IMG/VR virus record: IMGVR_UViG_3300037755_000635
Coordinates: 1-32,554 of that record
Reading direction: 5' to 3' (one strand)
DNA: 32,554 nucleotides
DNA from: a virus
Lineage: Duplodnaviria; Caudoviricetes
Position numbers and translations under genes: made by a program. Shown here one piece after another: positions 9,823 to 19,375 of the stretch (position 1 is the first letter of the stretch; every line of letters starts with the position of its first letter). The notes under the pieces are model-generated. The model was not told where the DNA came from. It did no database searches and saw nothing but the letters and a program-made list of their open reading frames with translations.

Positions 9823-10164
9823 CTATATCCCAAGCGTGGAATCCGCCGCGACGTGCGACTGCCAGTTGAGAAATATCCACGCCCGGCGCTGGCTTTCGTC
9901 GGTCAAATCCACCGTGGAGAGATCGAGCACCGCCGTGCCCAGGACCGCGTTGAACGCCGAGTGGGCTTGTTGGTGGTTTTCGAGCCAGGCTTTGATCTCG
10001 AACGACGCGACGTCGGGGATCGGGTCGAGAAGGTATTCTTGGAGGTGGATTTGATCCCGGGCGAAGACGCCGTCGATGATCGCCTTGTGAGACAGCGCGT
10101 GATGAAATGCCCAGATCGCCCACTGCTGCGGCGTGAGCGGAATTTCCATCAACACGCTTTGCAT
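9823..10164 (-). CDS. Hypothetical His/Trp-rich protein, probably virion-associated
   Basis: 113 aa with three WxxxHxxxH-like motifs (WAFHHALSH, WLENHQQAH, WIFLNWQSH); tightly packed in the tail operon. Confidence 0.7.
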   Translation of the reverse strand: MQSVLMEIPLTPQQWAIWAFHHALSHKAIIDGVFARDQIHLQEYLLDPIPDVASFEIKAWLENHQQAHSAFNAVLGTAVLDLSTVDLTDESQRRAWIFLNWQSHVAADSTLGI

Positions 10165-10168
10165 GGGA

Positions 10169-10465
10169 TCAGCGGCGCTTTGACCGGCGCGGCATCGGCG
10201 TGGTTTCGGGAACGGCGGAGGGCGGGTCCATCGGGTCGGCGCCGAATGCCCGCCAGCGTTCGCCGTCGCGGTTGCCGTAGGTCCATTGCTGCCGACCGAG
10301 ATAGTCTTCGCCGATCTGATCGGTGTTGGGCGTGACCATCACGACGCCGTTGGGGTTTTCTCCCGCGTCGACCATGCGTTCGAAGTGCATTTCGTCGCGC
10401 ATCTCGCCGGATTCGATCGGGTTGGGCATGTTGAGCTTGCCGCGCTGGGAGATGGTCTTGGGCAC
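10169..10465 (-). CDS. Hypothetical protein
   Basis: GTG start at 10465 after AAGGAGA RBS; 98 aa. Confidence 0.65.
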   Translation of the reverse strand: MPKTISQRGKLNMPNPIESGEMRDEMHFERMVDAGENPNGVVMVTPNTDQIGEDYLGRQQWTYGNRDGERWRAFGADPMDPPSAVPETTPMPRRSKRR

Positions 10466-10475
10466 GGGATTCTCC

Positions 10476-13025
10476 TTATGAGGCCGCCGGGGAATTGATC
10501 CCCTCGATCGAGCCGATCGGGCCTTGTTCATCCATGTAGCCGATCGAGAGATTGTAGATCACGAAATCGGGCGATGTCGAGCCGAGAGTGGCGCCTAGGA
10601 AATAAGACCGTGCGTCGGCCGCGGCCTCGGTGAACGGCTTGGGAAGGGTGAGATCGGCCGATTGCAGCGCCGCGGTGACTTGTTCGCAGTTGAACACGAC
10701 CGAGCATTCGAACCCGGCCGCGTTGGACGAGAGGTCTTCGCCGTGAAGATTGACGTTGAACGCGACTTTGAGGATATCGAAGTTCTGCGCGCCGTATTGC
10801 TTGGTGATGAGAACTTTTTCCAGTGTGGCGGATGGGGTGTCGAAGAGGCGGAAGATCGTGGAACCGTCGGTGCCGTAGGCTTGGATGTCGGATTCGACGA
10901 TGTGCGTGCCGATGAAGGTGAGGTTGCTGCCTTGATAGGCGATGAACCAGTCTTTCTCGTTCCAGCCGAACATGACGTTGCGCTCGGTGGAAGTGAACGG
11001 GTCCGTGATCGTGCAGTTGTAGAGATAGCATTTTATGTTGTGGATCAGGGAGGAGGCCGAGGAGGGCTCGACCCCGCCGTCTTCCGGCGTGACGATGACG
11101 TCGAAGAGTTTGTTGAATTTGTCGCTGAGCTTCGTGACCGCGCCGCCGTAGATGCCGAAGATCGCGTTTTGGTTGCCGAAGAGAACGGTGCGCCCAAAGA
11201 CCTGGACCGTGTCGCGATAGGTCGTGCCGACTTCCTGGTCGATGTTTTGCGCGTTGAATGTGGTGATGACGGGATCGCCGGAGGTTTGAACGTTGGATAT
11301 GACGTCCACGGAGGAATCGCCGATCGAATAGAGATAGCCGTTGACTTGGCGCATCGCGACGTAACGCCCGCGCAGGACGGAGTTGGTGTTGGAGAAGAGA
11401 ACAGCCCCGTCGGAGATGTTGAAATTGCTGATCGAGGAGGGCGCGGAGACGACGATCTCGCCGCCCGTGGAAGGGTCGGTGGTGTTTTTGGCGCGGGGGT
11501 AGGCGAGCCACACGCGGGATTGGAAGGTTTCGATCGCCGCGCCCGAGACGCCGAAGGGCATGACTTCACAAACAGCCGTAGCGGCATTATTGAAGCCAGA
11601 ATCGGGAAGTACCGTCGGAGCAGATGTGTAGCCTTCGCCGAAATTGCTGACGACTGCCGTGTTAACGGTCGTAGGCGTTAGGTAGGCTTGGAAAGTGGCG
11701 AGTCTGCCGCCGGTCGCGATCGTCCCTGTGGAGTAGATGAGGGGTGGATAAATATAGCCGCCGCCTCCAGCAGTGACGTTAACGCGGCGAACATGACCCT
11801 GAAGCATGTTCACGCTCACAGTGAGCCCAATACCGCTAGAACCTGTGTTATCGATTGTCGCATTCGCGGTTCCCGTATAAAGGTCGCCTGCATCAAGAAC
11901 GCGAACTTCATTTACATCCGTGGCCGTCAGCGCGCATTCGTAAAGACCCCTGACCAGATAACCGCCGCCCTCCGCAACGACAACCGGAGGAAGCCAGAAG
12001 CCCGCACCTGCGTCGGTGATAGTAGCATTTGCGATTCGACCGGGCAAAAGATACGCCGCAGCCTTGGCGCCGACACCATCACCGGAGATCGCGACGTCCG
12101 GGGCGGTTTCGAACGACGAGCCTGCCGCAGTAACGGTGACGGAAACGACGCGGCCGTTTGAGACGGCGGCGGTGGCCGTGCAACCGGACCCTCCACCGCC
12201 CGTGACCGCGACCGTCGCGGCCGTGTAACCGTGGCCGCCATCGACGACCTCGATCACATTGACGGTTGTGGAAGCAAGACGTCCTGTGACTATAACTCCC
12301 GTATCGGGAGAACCACCGCCATCGAATTGAACCCCGACGAATTCCCCCGGGAGATAGCCGCTGCCCGGGTCCGTGATGACCAGCCGGACCACGCCGCCGG
12401 CCGAGATCGTCGCGGTGAATGTCGCCCCCGTGCCGTGGCCGCCGTAGGCCGTCATCGTGGGTTGCGAGCCGTCGTAGCCGGAGCCCGTGCCGGTGATCGT
12501 GACCTCGGGCGCGAGCGTGCCCGAGGTGTAGAGGATCGCCCCGTCCCAAATCCAATAGTCGGTGGTGTTTTTGTTGTTCGAGATCAAGAGGTATTTGGAG
12601 CCCCAGGCAGCGCAAGCGGGCTTCGTGTCGGCGTAGGTGGTGTCGTAAAATGTCCCCGTGACGGTGGAGATGTCGGTCACGGCGAGCGTGGCGGTGTCGA
12701 CTTGCACCGCAGTGCCATCGGAGAAGAACACGGCACAGTAGGAGTTGAGGCCGAGGTCGAAGAAGAAGAAATTGAGAATCGTCCGGCCGCCCGTGGCCGT
12801 GTAGAGCGGCGTGGCGTTAGGGCCGGGGATCGAGTGCAGGAACCCGGAGGATTCCCGCATGATGTTCTCCATCCAGACGAATTCTTGGTCTTGGACGGCG
12901 TATTTGGCGTCGTTGTAGTTCATCCCCGCGAAGGGGAATGGGGAGAATTCTTTGTAGCCTGGGGGAAGTCCGAGCGTGTCGGCTTCCTTGGCGGAGAGTT
13001 GGCGGATTGCGCGATCGTCGGCCAT
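10476..13025 (-). CDS. Tail nozzle / DNA stabilisation protein (P22 gp10-like position) with inserted Gly-rich repeat domain
   Basis: 849 aa, beta-rich N- and C-terminal parts around a central block of VxVTxGGxGYxxxPxV repeats; directly follows the adaptor gene. Confidence 0.65.
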   Translation of the reverse strand: MADDRAIRQLSAKEADTLGLPPGYKEFSPFPFAGMNYNDAKYAVQDQEFVWMENIMRESSGFLHSIPGPNATPLYTATGGRTILNFFFFDLGLNSYCAVFFSDGTAVQVDTATLAVTDISTVTGTFYDTTYADTKPACAAWGSKYLLISNNKNTTDYWIWDGAILYTSGTLAPEVTITGTGSGYDGSQPTMTAYGGHGTGATFTATISAGGVVRLVITDPGSGYLPGEFVGVQFDGGGSPDTGVIVTGRLASTTVNVIEVVDGGHGYTAATVAVTGGGGSGCTATAAVSNGRVVSVTVTAAGSSFETAPDVAISGDGVGAKAAAYLLPGRIANATITDAGAGFWLPPVVVAEGGGYLVRGLYECALTATDVNEVRVLDAGDLYTGTANATIDNTGSSGIGLTVSVNMLQGHVRRVNVTAGGGGYIYPPLIYSTGTIATGGRLATFQAYLTPTTVNTAVVSNFGEGYTSAPTVLPDSGFNNAATAVCEVMPFGVSGAAIETFQSRVWLAYPRAKNTTDPSTGGEIVVSAPSSISNFNISDGAVLFSNTNSVLRGRYVAMRQVNGYLYSIGDSSVDVISNVQTSGDPVITTFNAQNIDQEVGTTYRDTVQVFGRTVLFGNQNAIFGIYGGAVTKLSDKFNKLFDVIVTPEDGGVEPSSASSLIHNIKCYLYNCTITDPFTSTERNVMFGWNEKDWFIAYQGSNLTFIGTHIVESDIQAYGTDGSTIFRLFDTPSATLEKVLITKQYGAQNFDILKVAFNVNLHGEDLSSNAAGFECSVVFNCEQVTAALQSADLTLPKPFTEAAADARSYFLGATLGSTSPDFVIYNLSIGYMDEQGPIGSIEGINSPAAS

Positions 13026-13034
13026 TGTGCGGCG

Positions 13035-13787
13035 TCACCAATAGAAACGTTGCGTCTTGCCCCGATCGGCCGCGCCGCGCGCGATGCCGCAGTTCTTCTC
13101 GAACAGTTGCAGCATGAGATCGGCTTGCCCGGCGCGTTGCATGCCGAGATAGGCGAGGTGGGCCGCGTAGAATTGGACGTTCTCGGTGAAGGTCGCGGGG
13201 AGGGCTTCATAGTCGTCGTTGGTGAAAATGTCTTTGGGGACGCAGAAGCAATCCCACTCCATTTCAAGCGCCTGGGCCGGGATCGGATAGAGGAAGACTT
13301 CACCGCGTTGGCCGTCGCCCTGGGTCGACCAGATCGAGGGGAAGTTGAGGGCGAGGGTGTACGAGCGGTAATAGGCTTGGAGGTCTTCGAACGGCATCCA
13401 GGCGAGGGATGGGCGGAGAATGCCGGTCTGGGAGGAGTCGCCGGACCAGGAGATCGAGACGGAGATGACGTCCGAGATCGCCCTGACCCCGGAGAATTGC
13501 CGCGCATAGGGGTTGGCATAGGAGAAGGCATAGCGCTCGGTGTTGGCGATGGTCTGGAAGGCGGTGTCGGTGGAGTTGGGCGTCGTGGCGCCGGGGTAGG
13601 CCGCGCCCGGGACGGCCGAAGAACCCGCGACCTTCGTGCCTGGGATCAGTTTGCGGATGCAGCCGTATTCTTCGGCGATCTTGGAGCGCGCGAGATTGAT
13701 GAAGCGGATCAGGCGCGCGTCGGTCCAATAGGTGCCGTTCGTGTCGTGGAGCAGTTCGCGGGTCTGGGTGATGTAGGTCGAGAGCAT
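13035..13787 (-). CDS. Head-tail adaptor (tail tubular A-like) protein
   Basis: Starts MLSTYITQTRELLHD...WTDARLIRFINLAR and contains LYPIP...YAAHLAYL, typical of podovirus adaptors; follows the capsid operon. Confidence 0.7.
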   Translation of the reverse strand: MLSTYITQTRELLHDTNGTYWTDARLIRFINLARSKIAEEYGCIRKLIPGTKVAGSSAVPGAAYPGATTPNSTDTAFQTIANTERYAFSYANPYARQFSGVRAISDVISVSISWSGDSSQTGILRPSLAWMPFEDLQAYYRSYTLALNFPSIWSTQGDGQRGEVFLYPIPAQALEMEWDCFCVPKDIFTNDDYEALPATFTENVQFYAAHLAYLGMQRAGQADLMLQLFEKNCGIARGAADRGKTQRFYW

Positions 13788-13804
13788 GATCCCATGATCC
13801 TAGC

Positions 13805-13833
13805 AAAAAAGCCGCGCCTTGTTAGGGCGCGGC
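13805..13833 (-). terminator. Rho-independent terminator after the capsid operon
   Basis: Minus strand: GCCGCGCC-CTAACAA-GGCGCGGC followed by TTTTTT. Confidence 0.85.
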
Positions 13834-13859
13834 CTTCCCTTTTAACACCCGAGAGGCGA

Positions 13860-14957
13860 TCAGGCCGGGTTGAGCCAGAAGTTCGACGCGGCCCCGCCGA
13901 CGGTGAAGGTCAGGCCAGCCGCCGTGGTGAGGGTCGCGACGTTGTCGGAGAGCAGGAGCGCGGTCGGAACCCCCGCGTAGATGCCGCCGTCGTCCACGAC
14001 CTGGCCCGTGGCCGTGATAGTCACGGTGGAGAGCGCCGCGCGAATCCAGGCCGGGCGCTCGCGCACGAGCTGGCGCTGGGTCGCAGGGTTGGTGTAGGCC
14101 GCGGCCGAGGTCGGGAAGCCGCCGACGCCCGTCACGATCGGAGCGCCCGCGTAGCCGGAACCGGCGGTCACGACGACATAGGCGGTCAGAGTCCAGCACA
14201 TGACGGCGGTCGCGGCGGCCGATGAGCCTCCGCCGCCCGTGAACGTCAGCGCGGGAATGGACGTAACCGCCGTGCCGTGGTTCGTGACGAGAAGGCCGGT
14301 CAGCGTGCCCGAGCCGGTCAGGGCTGCGGTGAGGACCGCGTCTTGGCCGGAGTCGTCGCGCGGATCGCGGACCACGGTGATCGTGGGCGCGGTCGTGTAG
14401 CCGGCGCCTTGGTTGACGACCGTGACGGCGTTGATGATGCCGCCGGAGATCGTGCAGGTCATGGTGCAGGGAATGCCACCCGGAGGCGGGGCCGAGACGA
14501 CCAGGATCGGGGCGTAGTCGTAGTTCGTGCCGCCGTCGGTGATCGTGACCGAGGTATTGACCGCGCCGCCGACGATCGTGGTGAAGGTCGGGGAGCCGCC
14601 GTCCGAGGCGCAAGTCAACCCGGCGTTGATGCCGTTGGTGTAGCCCGAGCCCGCCGTGGTGATGAGCGCGCCGACGACGCAGCCGGTCTGGTTGGCGATG
14701 CGGAAGTTGATCCCGTCGGAGTTGATGAAGCGCTGCGGGCCGCCGCCGGCCGAGCCGGGCGCGCCGCCGTCGGCGCCGATGTTCATCCAAACGAGGAGCT
14801 GCGGGTCCCATTCTTGCAGGGTCAGATAGGGCCCGAGCCGGACGTTCCAGGCGCCGCCGGGGACGAGGAAGGTGTTCCCGGCCGCGAGCGTGATCATGTT
14901 GGTGGCGTTGCCGCGGAGTCCGGTTGCAACTCCTTGAGCGCCGATTGCGAGAGGCAT
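13860..14957 (-). CDS. Virion structural protein (capsid decoration / head-fibre candidate)
   Basis: 365 aa, TxGGSGYTxAPTI-type repeats, AGGAAAGGA RBS; lies between the capsid gene and the terminator. Confidence 0.65.
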   Translation of the reverse strand: MPLAIGAQGVATGLRGNATNMITLAAGNTFLVPGGAWNVRLGPYLTLQEWDPQLLVWMNIGADGGAPGSAGGGPQRFINSDGINFRIANQTGCVVGALITTAGSGYTNGINAGLTCASDGGSPTFTTIVGGAVNTSVTITDGGTNYDYAPILVVSAPPPGGIPCTMTCTISGGIINAVTVVNQGAGYTTAPTITVVRDPRDDSGQDAVLTAALTGSGTLTGLLVTNHGTAVTSIPALTFTGGGGSSAAATAVMCWTLTAYVVVTAGSGYAGAPIVTGVGGFPTSAAAYTNPATQRQLVRERPAWIRAALSTVTITATGQVVDDGGIYAGVPTALLLSDNVATLTTAAGLTFTVGGAASNFWLNPA

Positions 14958-14994
14958 TTGAGTGTTCCTTTCCTAAGTCAAGGAGCTGATGAAA

Positions 14995-16050
14995 TCAGAC
15001 GCCCGTTGCCGGGCCGTTGACGGTGAACGATGCGCCCGTGATGCCGGTGAAATGCGCGCCGGAAATGGGCTTCGAGCAAACCATGTTGAGCACGACGATC
15101 AGGACGCCGACCGAGGCGATCTGACCGAGCGGGATGGTGGACTCGAACCCGGAGAAGACGAACGGCGCGTACTCGTTGAGATACATGGCGAGGTAGCGGG
15201 AGTTGATCGCGTACATCTCGCCGCGCGGGCAGAACGGATCGGGGAAGATCGGCGTGTCGAGCACGCGCACGGCGCGGAAGCCTGCGTTGACGGAGTCGTC
15301 CTTGCCGTATTTGAGCCGTGGGCCGGTCTGATAGAGTTCGTAGTTCATGAAGTCCGACATGAGCGTCGCCCAGTCGGCCGGGTTCATGACCGCGTAGTCG
15401 GGGGACTCGCCGCCGGAGGCTGTCATGACCTTGGTGAGCGCGACCGCCATGCCCTGGCGGTTCGAAATCGAGCCGGCCGAGGCGTAGAGCTGGCCCTGCC
15501 ACCAGGAGTTGCCCGTGCGCGTGATCCCGCCGTAGGTCGTGGCGTTCGTGCCGTCGTCGTAGGCTTGGTAAAGGGAGTCGATCCGGTCGGGCGTGGCGTA
15601 GTTGTTCGCGTAGATCGACGTCGCGAGGGCTTGTTTGATGACGACCGCGGCGTCGGAGGTTACGGCCCGGAGCTTCGGGATGATGACTTCCGAGGACTGG
15701 ACGAGGGCCTCCATGCCGAAGAAGCCGATCGGGACGAGGCCGAGCTTGAGGTTGAACTGGGCATTTTGCAGCGCCGCGTTCTCGGAGGGCATATTGAAGT
15801 TGCCGACGTAGTTCGACCAGGAGAATTGGTTGAAGTTGGTCGATTGCACCGGGAAAGTGATTTGCGAAAGGCCGCCGCGCGCGCGCTGCGCGTTGGAAAG
15901 AAGCAGCGAGAACAGCGGGTGGGATTGATAGAGCTGCACGAAGATCGACGGGATCACCGCGCGCCGCGTGATCGCCGCGAGCTGGTTGCCGGTTAGGCCG
16001 TTCGGAACGATACCGCCGCTGATCGGTGCGTTGGTGGTAAGAGCGGGCAT
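14995..16050 (-). CDS. Major capsid protein (HK97 fold inferred)
   Basis: 351 aa after the scaffold gene; motifs NQLAAITRRAVIP, TTYGGITR...WW, MNPADWATL, PIFPDPFCPRGEMYAINSRYL; GGAG RBS. Confidence 0.85.
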   Translation of the reverse strand: MPALTTNAPISGGIVPNGLTGNQLAAITRRAVIPSIFVQLYQSHPLFSLLLSNAQRARGGLSQITFPVQSTNFNQFSWSNYVGNFNMPSENAALQNAQFNLKLGLVPIGFFGMEALVQSSEVIIPKLRAVTSDAAVVIKQALATSIYANNYATPDRIDSLYQAYDDGTNATTYGGITRTGNSWWQGQLYASAGSISNRQGMAVALTKVMTASGGESPDYAVMNPADWATLMSDFMNYELYQTGPRLKYGKDDSVNAGFRAVRVLDTPIFPDPFCPRGEMYAINSRYLAMYLNEYAPFVFSGFESTIPLGQIASVGVLIVVLNMVCSKPISGAHFTGITGASFTVNGPATGV

Positions 16051-16084
16051 TTTTCAGTCTCCAATCAGATGGCGGTTGCGAGGA

Positions 16085-16678
16085 TCACGCCGCGTCTTCG
16101 TTGAGCACGGCGATGGCTTCGTTCTCCATGGCGGCGAGCGGGTTGTCCCAGAAGGCTTGAACCGATTCGTCGGTCTTGTCCTTGGCGTTGTTCACCTGCA
16201 TGAGGTTGAACGCCTGCGGAAGGGGAGACGCGGCGCGCGCGGGCTTGGCCTTGGGGAGCGTGTCGAGATAGACGAGCGCCGCCGCCTCAGCGTCCGCGAT
16301 CTGGCGTTTCTGCATGGTCTCGATCAGGCCGGCGCGGCCCTCGTCGGTCAGGCCGCGCTTGGCGACGACGGAATCGATCTTGCGGTGCATCTCGGCGAGG
16401 TCGTCTTCGTCCTTGCGCTTGGCGCGATCCTCGTCGACCGATTTGGCGAGGTCGTCGAGGCGCTTTTTGAGGGCGTCGTTCTCGGCCTTGAGGGGCGCGG
16501 CGTATTCCTCGGCGACGTCGTCCGGGATGGCGAGAGTCGGGTCGATTTTCTTGAGCGCGCGCCGCGTGGCGGGGCCGTTGTCCTTGTCGGAGTAGAGGCG
16601 GTCGAGCAGGCCCTTGGCGCGCTTGAGATTGGCGAGTTCGGCCGCGGTGACTTCGACGATATCGTGGGGCTCGGGCAT
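16085..16678 (-). CDS. Capsid scaffolding protein
   Basis: 197 aa, charged coiled-coil, immediately upstream of the capsid gene. Confidence 0.6.
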   Translation of the reverse strand: MPEPHDIVEVTAAELANLKRAKGLLDRLYSDKDNGPATRRALKKIDPTLAIPDDVAEEYAAPLKAENDALKKRLDDLAKSVDEDRAKRKDEDDLAEMHRKIDSVVAKRGLTDEGRAGLIETMQKRQIADAEAAALVYLDTLPKAKPARAASPLPQAFNLMQVNNAKDKTDESVQAFWDNPLAAMENEAIAVLNEDAA

Positions 16679-16684
16679 TGGAGA

Positions 16685-16891
16685 TTAGCCCTTTTGCCCG
16701 GCCGAGCCGCCGACGTGTTGAATCGACATGGAATCGCGCTTGACGTCGGACTGGGACGGGAGGCCGGAGCGGCGCGCGCCGATTCCCATGTCGTCCATCG
16801 GGACGTATTCCATGACGGAATCGTCCTTTTTGACGTCGTTCATGTACGGGCCCGGGAACTTGCCGGGTGCGTTGTAATTGGGACCAGCCAT
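16685..16891 (-). CDS. Small hypothetical protein of the head module
   Basis: ATG 16891 after AAGGAGA RBS; 68 aa, MAGPNYNAPGKFPGPY... Confidence 0.7.
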   Translation of the reverse strand: MAGPNYNAPGKFPGPYMNDVKKDDSVMEYVPMDDMGIGARRSGLPSQSDVKRDSMSIQHVGGSAGQKG

Positions 16892-16907
16892 TGGGATTCT
16901 CCTTGCG

Positions 16908-17363
16908 TTACGCCATGCCCATCGGGGCACCGGCTTGTGGAGCACCGCCCGCAGGCCCGCCGCCACCAAGACGGGCGAGCATTTGGTTCGGCGCATTCAT
17001 CGAGGATTGGCGCAGGACGTTCAAAAGAGCCATCGACTGCGGCCCGGCGAGATCAGGGTTCTCGTCCGGCATCGCGGAGAGGAGACCCTTGACCGAGGAA
17101 AGGACTTTCTCGTGCAAGGGGGATTCCATCGGGATGCCCGGGAGGACTTCCTCCAGCTGCTTGATGATCGAGCGGACCTTGAGCATCGATTGTGCGACCG
17201 AGCCGGGATTGCCTTGGGGCGCGGAGAGGCCGCCCAAGCCCGCGGGCTGCGGCATTAGTTTGGAGAGCAGACCACTCATGGAGTTGGCCCCGCCGGCGGG
17301 CGGCATCGGAGGCCCGGCCGGAGCGGCGGGAGCAGGAGCGGGCGGCGCGATGTCTTCGGCCAT
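16908..17363 (-). CDS. Pro/Gly/Met-rich hypothetical protein of the head module
   Basis: 151 aa from MAEDIAPP; low-complexity ends around a helical core; no clear RBS. Confidence 0.65.
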   Translation of the reverse strand: MAEDIAPPAPAPAAPAGPPMPPAGGANSMSGLLSKLMPQPAGLGGLSAPQGNPGSVAQSMLKVRSIIKQLEEVLPGIPMESPLHEKVLSSVKGLLSAMPDENPDLAGPQSMALLNVLRQSSMNAPNQMLARLGGGGPAGGAPQAGAPMGMA

Positions 17364-17385
17364 CGAAAGGCAAACTCGAACCAAG

Positions 17386-17470
17386 AGGATAAAGGGGCCC
17401 GGAGCGATTTCGCGGCTTCAAGGGGGAGAACGTCCCTGGGCCGAAAAACACCCCCGCTCCGGGCGATCCT
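17386..17470 (-). ncRNA. Candidate structured 5' leader RNA of the head operon
   Basis: Perfect 10-bp stem GCCCGGAGCG/CGCTCCGGGC (17397-17406 with 17455-17464), outer AGGAT/ATCCT stem and inner GGGG/CCCC stem. Confidence 0.45.
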
Positions 17471-17511
17471 TCATGGCAACGGGTCTTGGCGGGCCGTGCC
17501 GTTGGAGGGGG

Positions 17512-17541
17512 AATTTACAGGGACATAGGGAGAGAAGTCAA
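17512..17541 (-). promoter_or_regulatory. Sigma70-like promoter for the scaffold/capsid operon
   Basis: TTGACT-N18-TAAATT in the intergenic gap after the portal stop. Confidence 0.6.
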
Positions 17542-17557
17542 ATCGAGACGGCGCGGG

Positions 17558-19369
17558 TTATTTTTTCTTGCCCGAGGTGAGAAGAAGCGACGGATTCATT
17601 TCGATCATCGCTTGCTTGGCGATCTCGCGTGTTTCGGCTTGCAACGCGAGCGCTTCCTCATGCGGCGGGTGAGTGAGCATGATCAAGTCCTCGGCGCCGA
17701 TCGCGCCGGACTTGGCGAGCGCGAAGGCAAGTTCCTTGGACTCGTAGGAGAACGCGGGCGAAGAGGAGTGGGAATCGACGCGCACCGACCACTCCGGCGG
17801 GATGTCGGCCATGAGAAATTCGATGCGCTTCATGCCGGGGGCCGGCGCGACCCAGAAGTTCTTCCACCAGGATTGCGGCGCGGCGGCAAGTTCGTCGGCG
17901 GAAGGTTTCGCCCAAGCCGCGACCTTGCGCGTGTAGCGGGCCTTGAGAGTGTCGAGCATGAGCCCGCCGGTTTCCTCGATGGCGCGCTCGATGCGCAGGG
18001 CGCGGGTTTTGAATCGCGGGGAGCCCGTGCGAATGAGCGTTTCGGCCTGGGCGCGCGCGCGCACGCCGGCTTCGCCGCGGCCCTGCATCGTGGCGGTGAA
18101 GCCGCCCATTTCGTCGAAGCGCCGTTCGAGTTCGTGCACGTCGCCCCAGAGATCGCCGGGGAGTTCGGGCGCGAGGGATTCGACCTTGGCGGTCGGGTCG
18201 GAGTCGGAGAAGAACCCACCGGGTTTTTTTAGCTTGGCGAGGATGGTTTGGTTGATGTTCTTCGAGCCGGTGAATTTGTAGGGCGGGTCTTCCTGGCGGC
18301 GGAGAAGGGCGTTGATCCCGTCGATGCGCGCGTTGAGCGCGAGTTGGAGGAGGGCGACGTTGAAGACTTCCGAGCGGCCCCAGAAGTAATTGTGGATAGG
18401 GTTCGGGCAAAATTCGATGAACGGGTGATGGCCCGCGAGCGGGTTGGTGTCCTTGGAGCGTTTTAGCAACTCTTTGTCCGTGATGTACATCGGATCGGCG
18501 AAGAGATTGCGATGGATGTACTTGCCCTCGATCACCATGTCGTCGCCGACGGTTTGGAGGGTCGTCCAATCGCCCATCTCGGCGTCTTGAACCCAGATTT
18601 CGTCGAGGCGCAGGAGAGATTGGAGAACTTCGGGCGCGAATTGCGGCTCGGGCGCGGTGAGCCAGTCGACGATGCCGCGGTTTGGATTGGCGGATTGGTC
18701 GGGCCCGCGCACCGGGGATGTGCCCCAACCGCCGCCTTGGACGATGGTTTTGAGAACGTTGATGTTGTCGGGCGCGGTGATTTGGTTGGGGGCCATGGCA
18801 TAGCGCTTGGCCTTGCGCAGGAGTTCGTCGCGATCGGGATGATTGGCGACGAGGAGTTCGAATTGCCCGGGGGTTAGGTAGGTGGAAAAGAAGAAGGCTT
18901 CCTGCCGGTCGAGCATGGGCAGGTCTTCGCGGAGCACACCCATGAGTTCGGGCATAAGGACGTAGGGCTCGAAGCCGGTGTCGGTGTAGAGAAGTTGCAG
19001 GAAGGCTTTGCCCTTGATCAGGGATTGAACCGTGACGTCGTCGATCGCCATGTCGACGTTGCCCCGGCGCAGTTCGCGGTGGAGCAGGGAAGAGGCCCCG
19101 GAGGCCATGGCGCGCTGGTCGGGCTGGGTCGGGTCTTCCGGCTTGAGGGAGAAGCGCAGTTCGACCGGGCTGTAGAGATAGGATGATAGATTGGATATGT
19201 GAACGTTGGTTTTGTTGAAGGTCGAAGTCGAACCGTCGATCGCGCCCGAGAGGTAGAGCTGGTTGTAGTAGTTGCCGCGATCGATGCGCCGGTGCTGGGA
19301 GGCGCTACAGGAGGCGACGATTTCGGAGCACCAACCGGCGAGACCGCGTTTTGGGATGCGAAGGGCCAT
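17558..19369 (-). CDS. Portal protein
   Basis: 603 aa downstream of terminase; HPFIEFCPNPIHNYFWGRSEV resembles the podovirus portal P(F/Y)...YG.S motif; also GRGEAGVRA. Confidence 0.85.
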   Translation of the reverse strand: MALRIPKRGLAGWCSEIVASCSASQHRRIDRGNYYNQLYLSGAIDGSTSTFNKTNVHISNLSSYLYSPVELRFSLKPEDPTQPDQRAMASGASSLLHRELRRGNVDMAIDDVTVQSLIKGKAFLQLLYTDTGFEPYVLMPELMGVLREDLPMLDRQEAFFFSTYLTPGQFELLVANHPDRDELLRKAKRYAMAPNQITAPDNINVLKTIVQGGGWGTSPVRGPDQSANPNRGIVDWLTAPEPQFAPEVLQSLLRLDEIWVQDAEMGDWTTLQTVGDDMVIEGKYIHRNLFADPMYITDKELLKRSKDTNPLAGHHPFIEFCPNPIHNYFWGRSEVFNVALLQLALNARIDGINALLRRQEDPPYKFTGSKNINQTILAKLKKPGGFFSDSDPTAKVESLAPELPGDLWGDVHELERRFDEMGGFTATMQGRGEAGVRARAQAETLIRTGSPRFKTRALRIERAIEETGGLMLDTLKARYTRKVAAWAKPSADELAAAPQSWWKNFWVAPAPGMKRIEFLMADIPPEWSVRVDSHSSSPAFSYESKELAFALAKSGAIGAEDLIMLTHPPHEEALALQAETREIAKQAMIEMNPSLLLTSGKKK

Positions 19370-19375
19370 TGGGGG

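Noticed and set aside
9526-10164. Readthrough fusion of the 113-aa and 94-aa genes (TAG in frame with the next ATG, 12 nt apart)
   Set aside because: In-frame spacing has a one-in-three chance and the downstream gene has its own AGGGA RBS.
14957-15010. Programmed frameshift or readthrough fusing capsid to the downstream repeat protein
   Set aside because: The genes are out of frame, no slippery heptamer is visible and the downstream gene has its own strong RBS.
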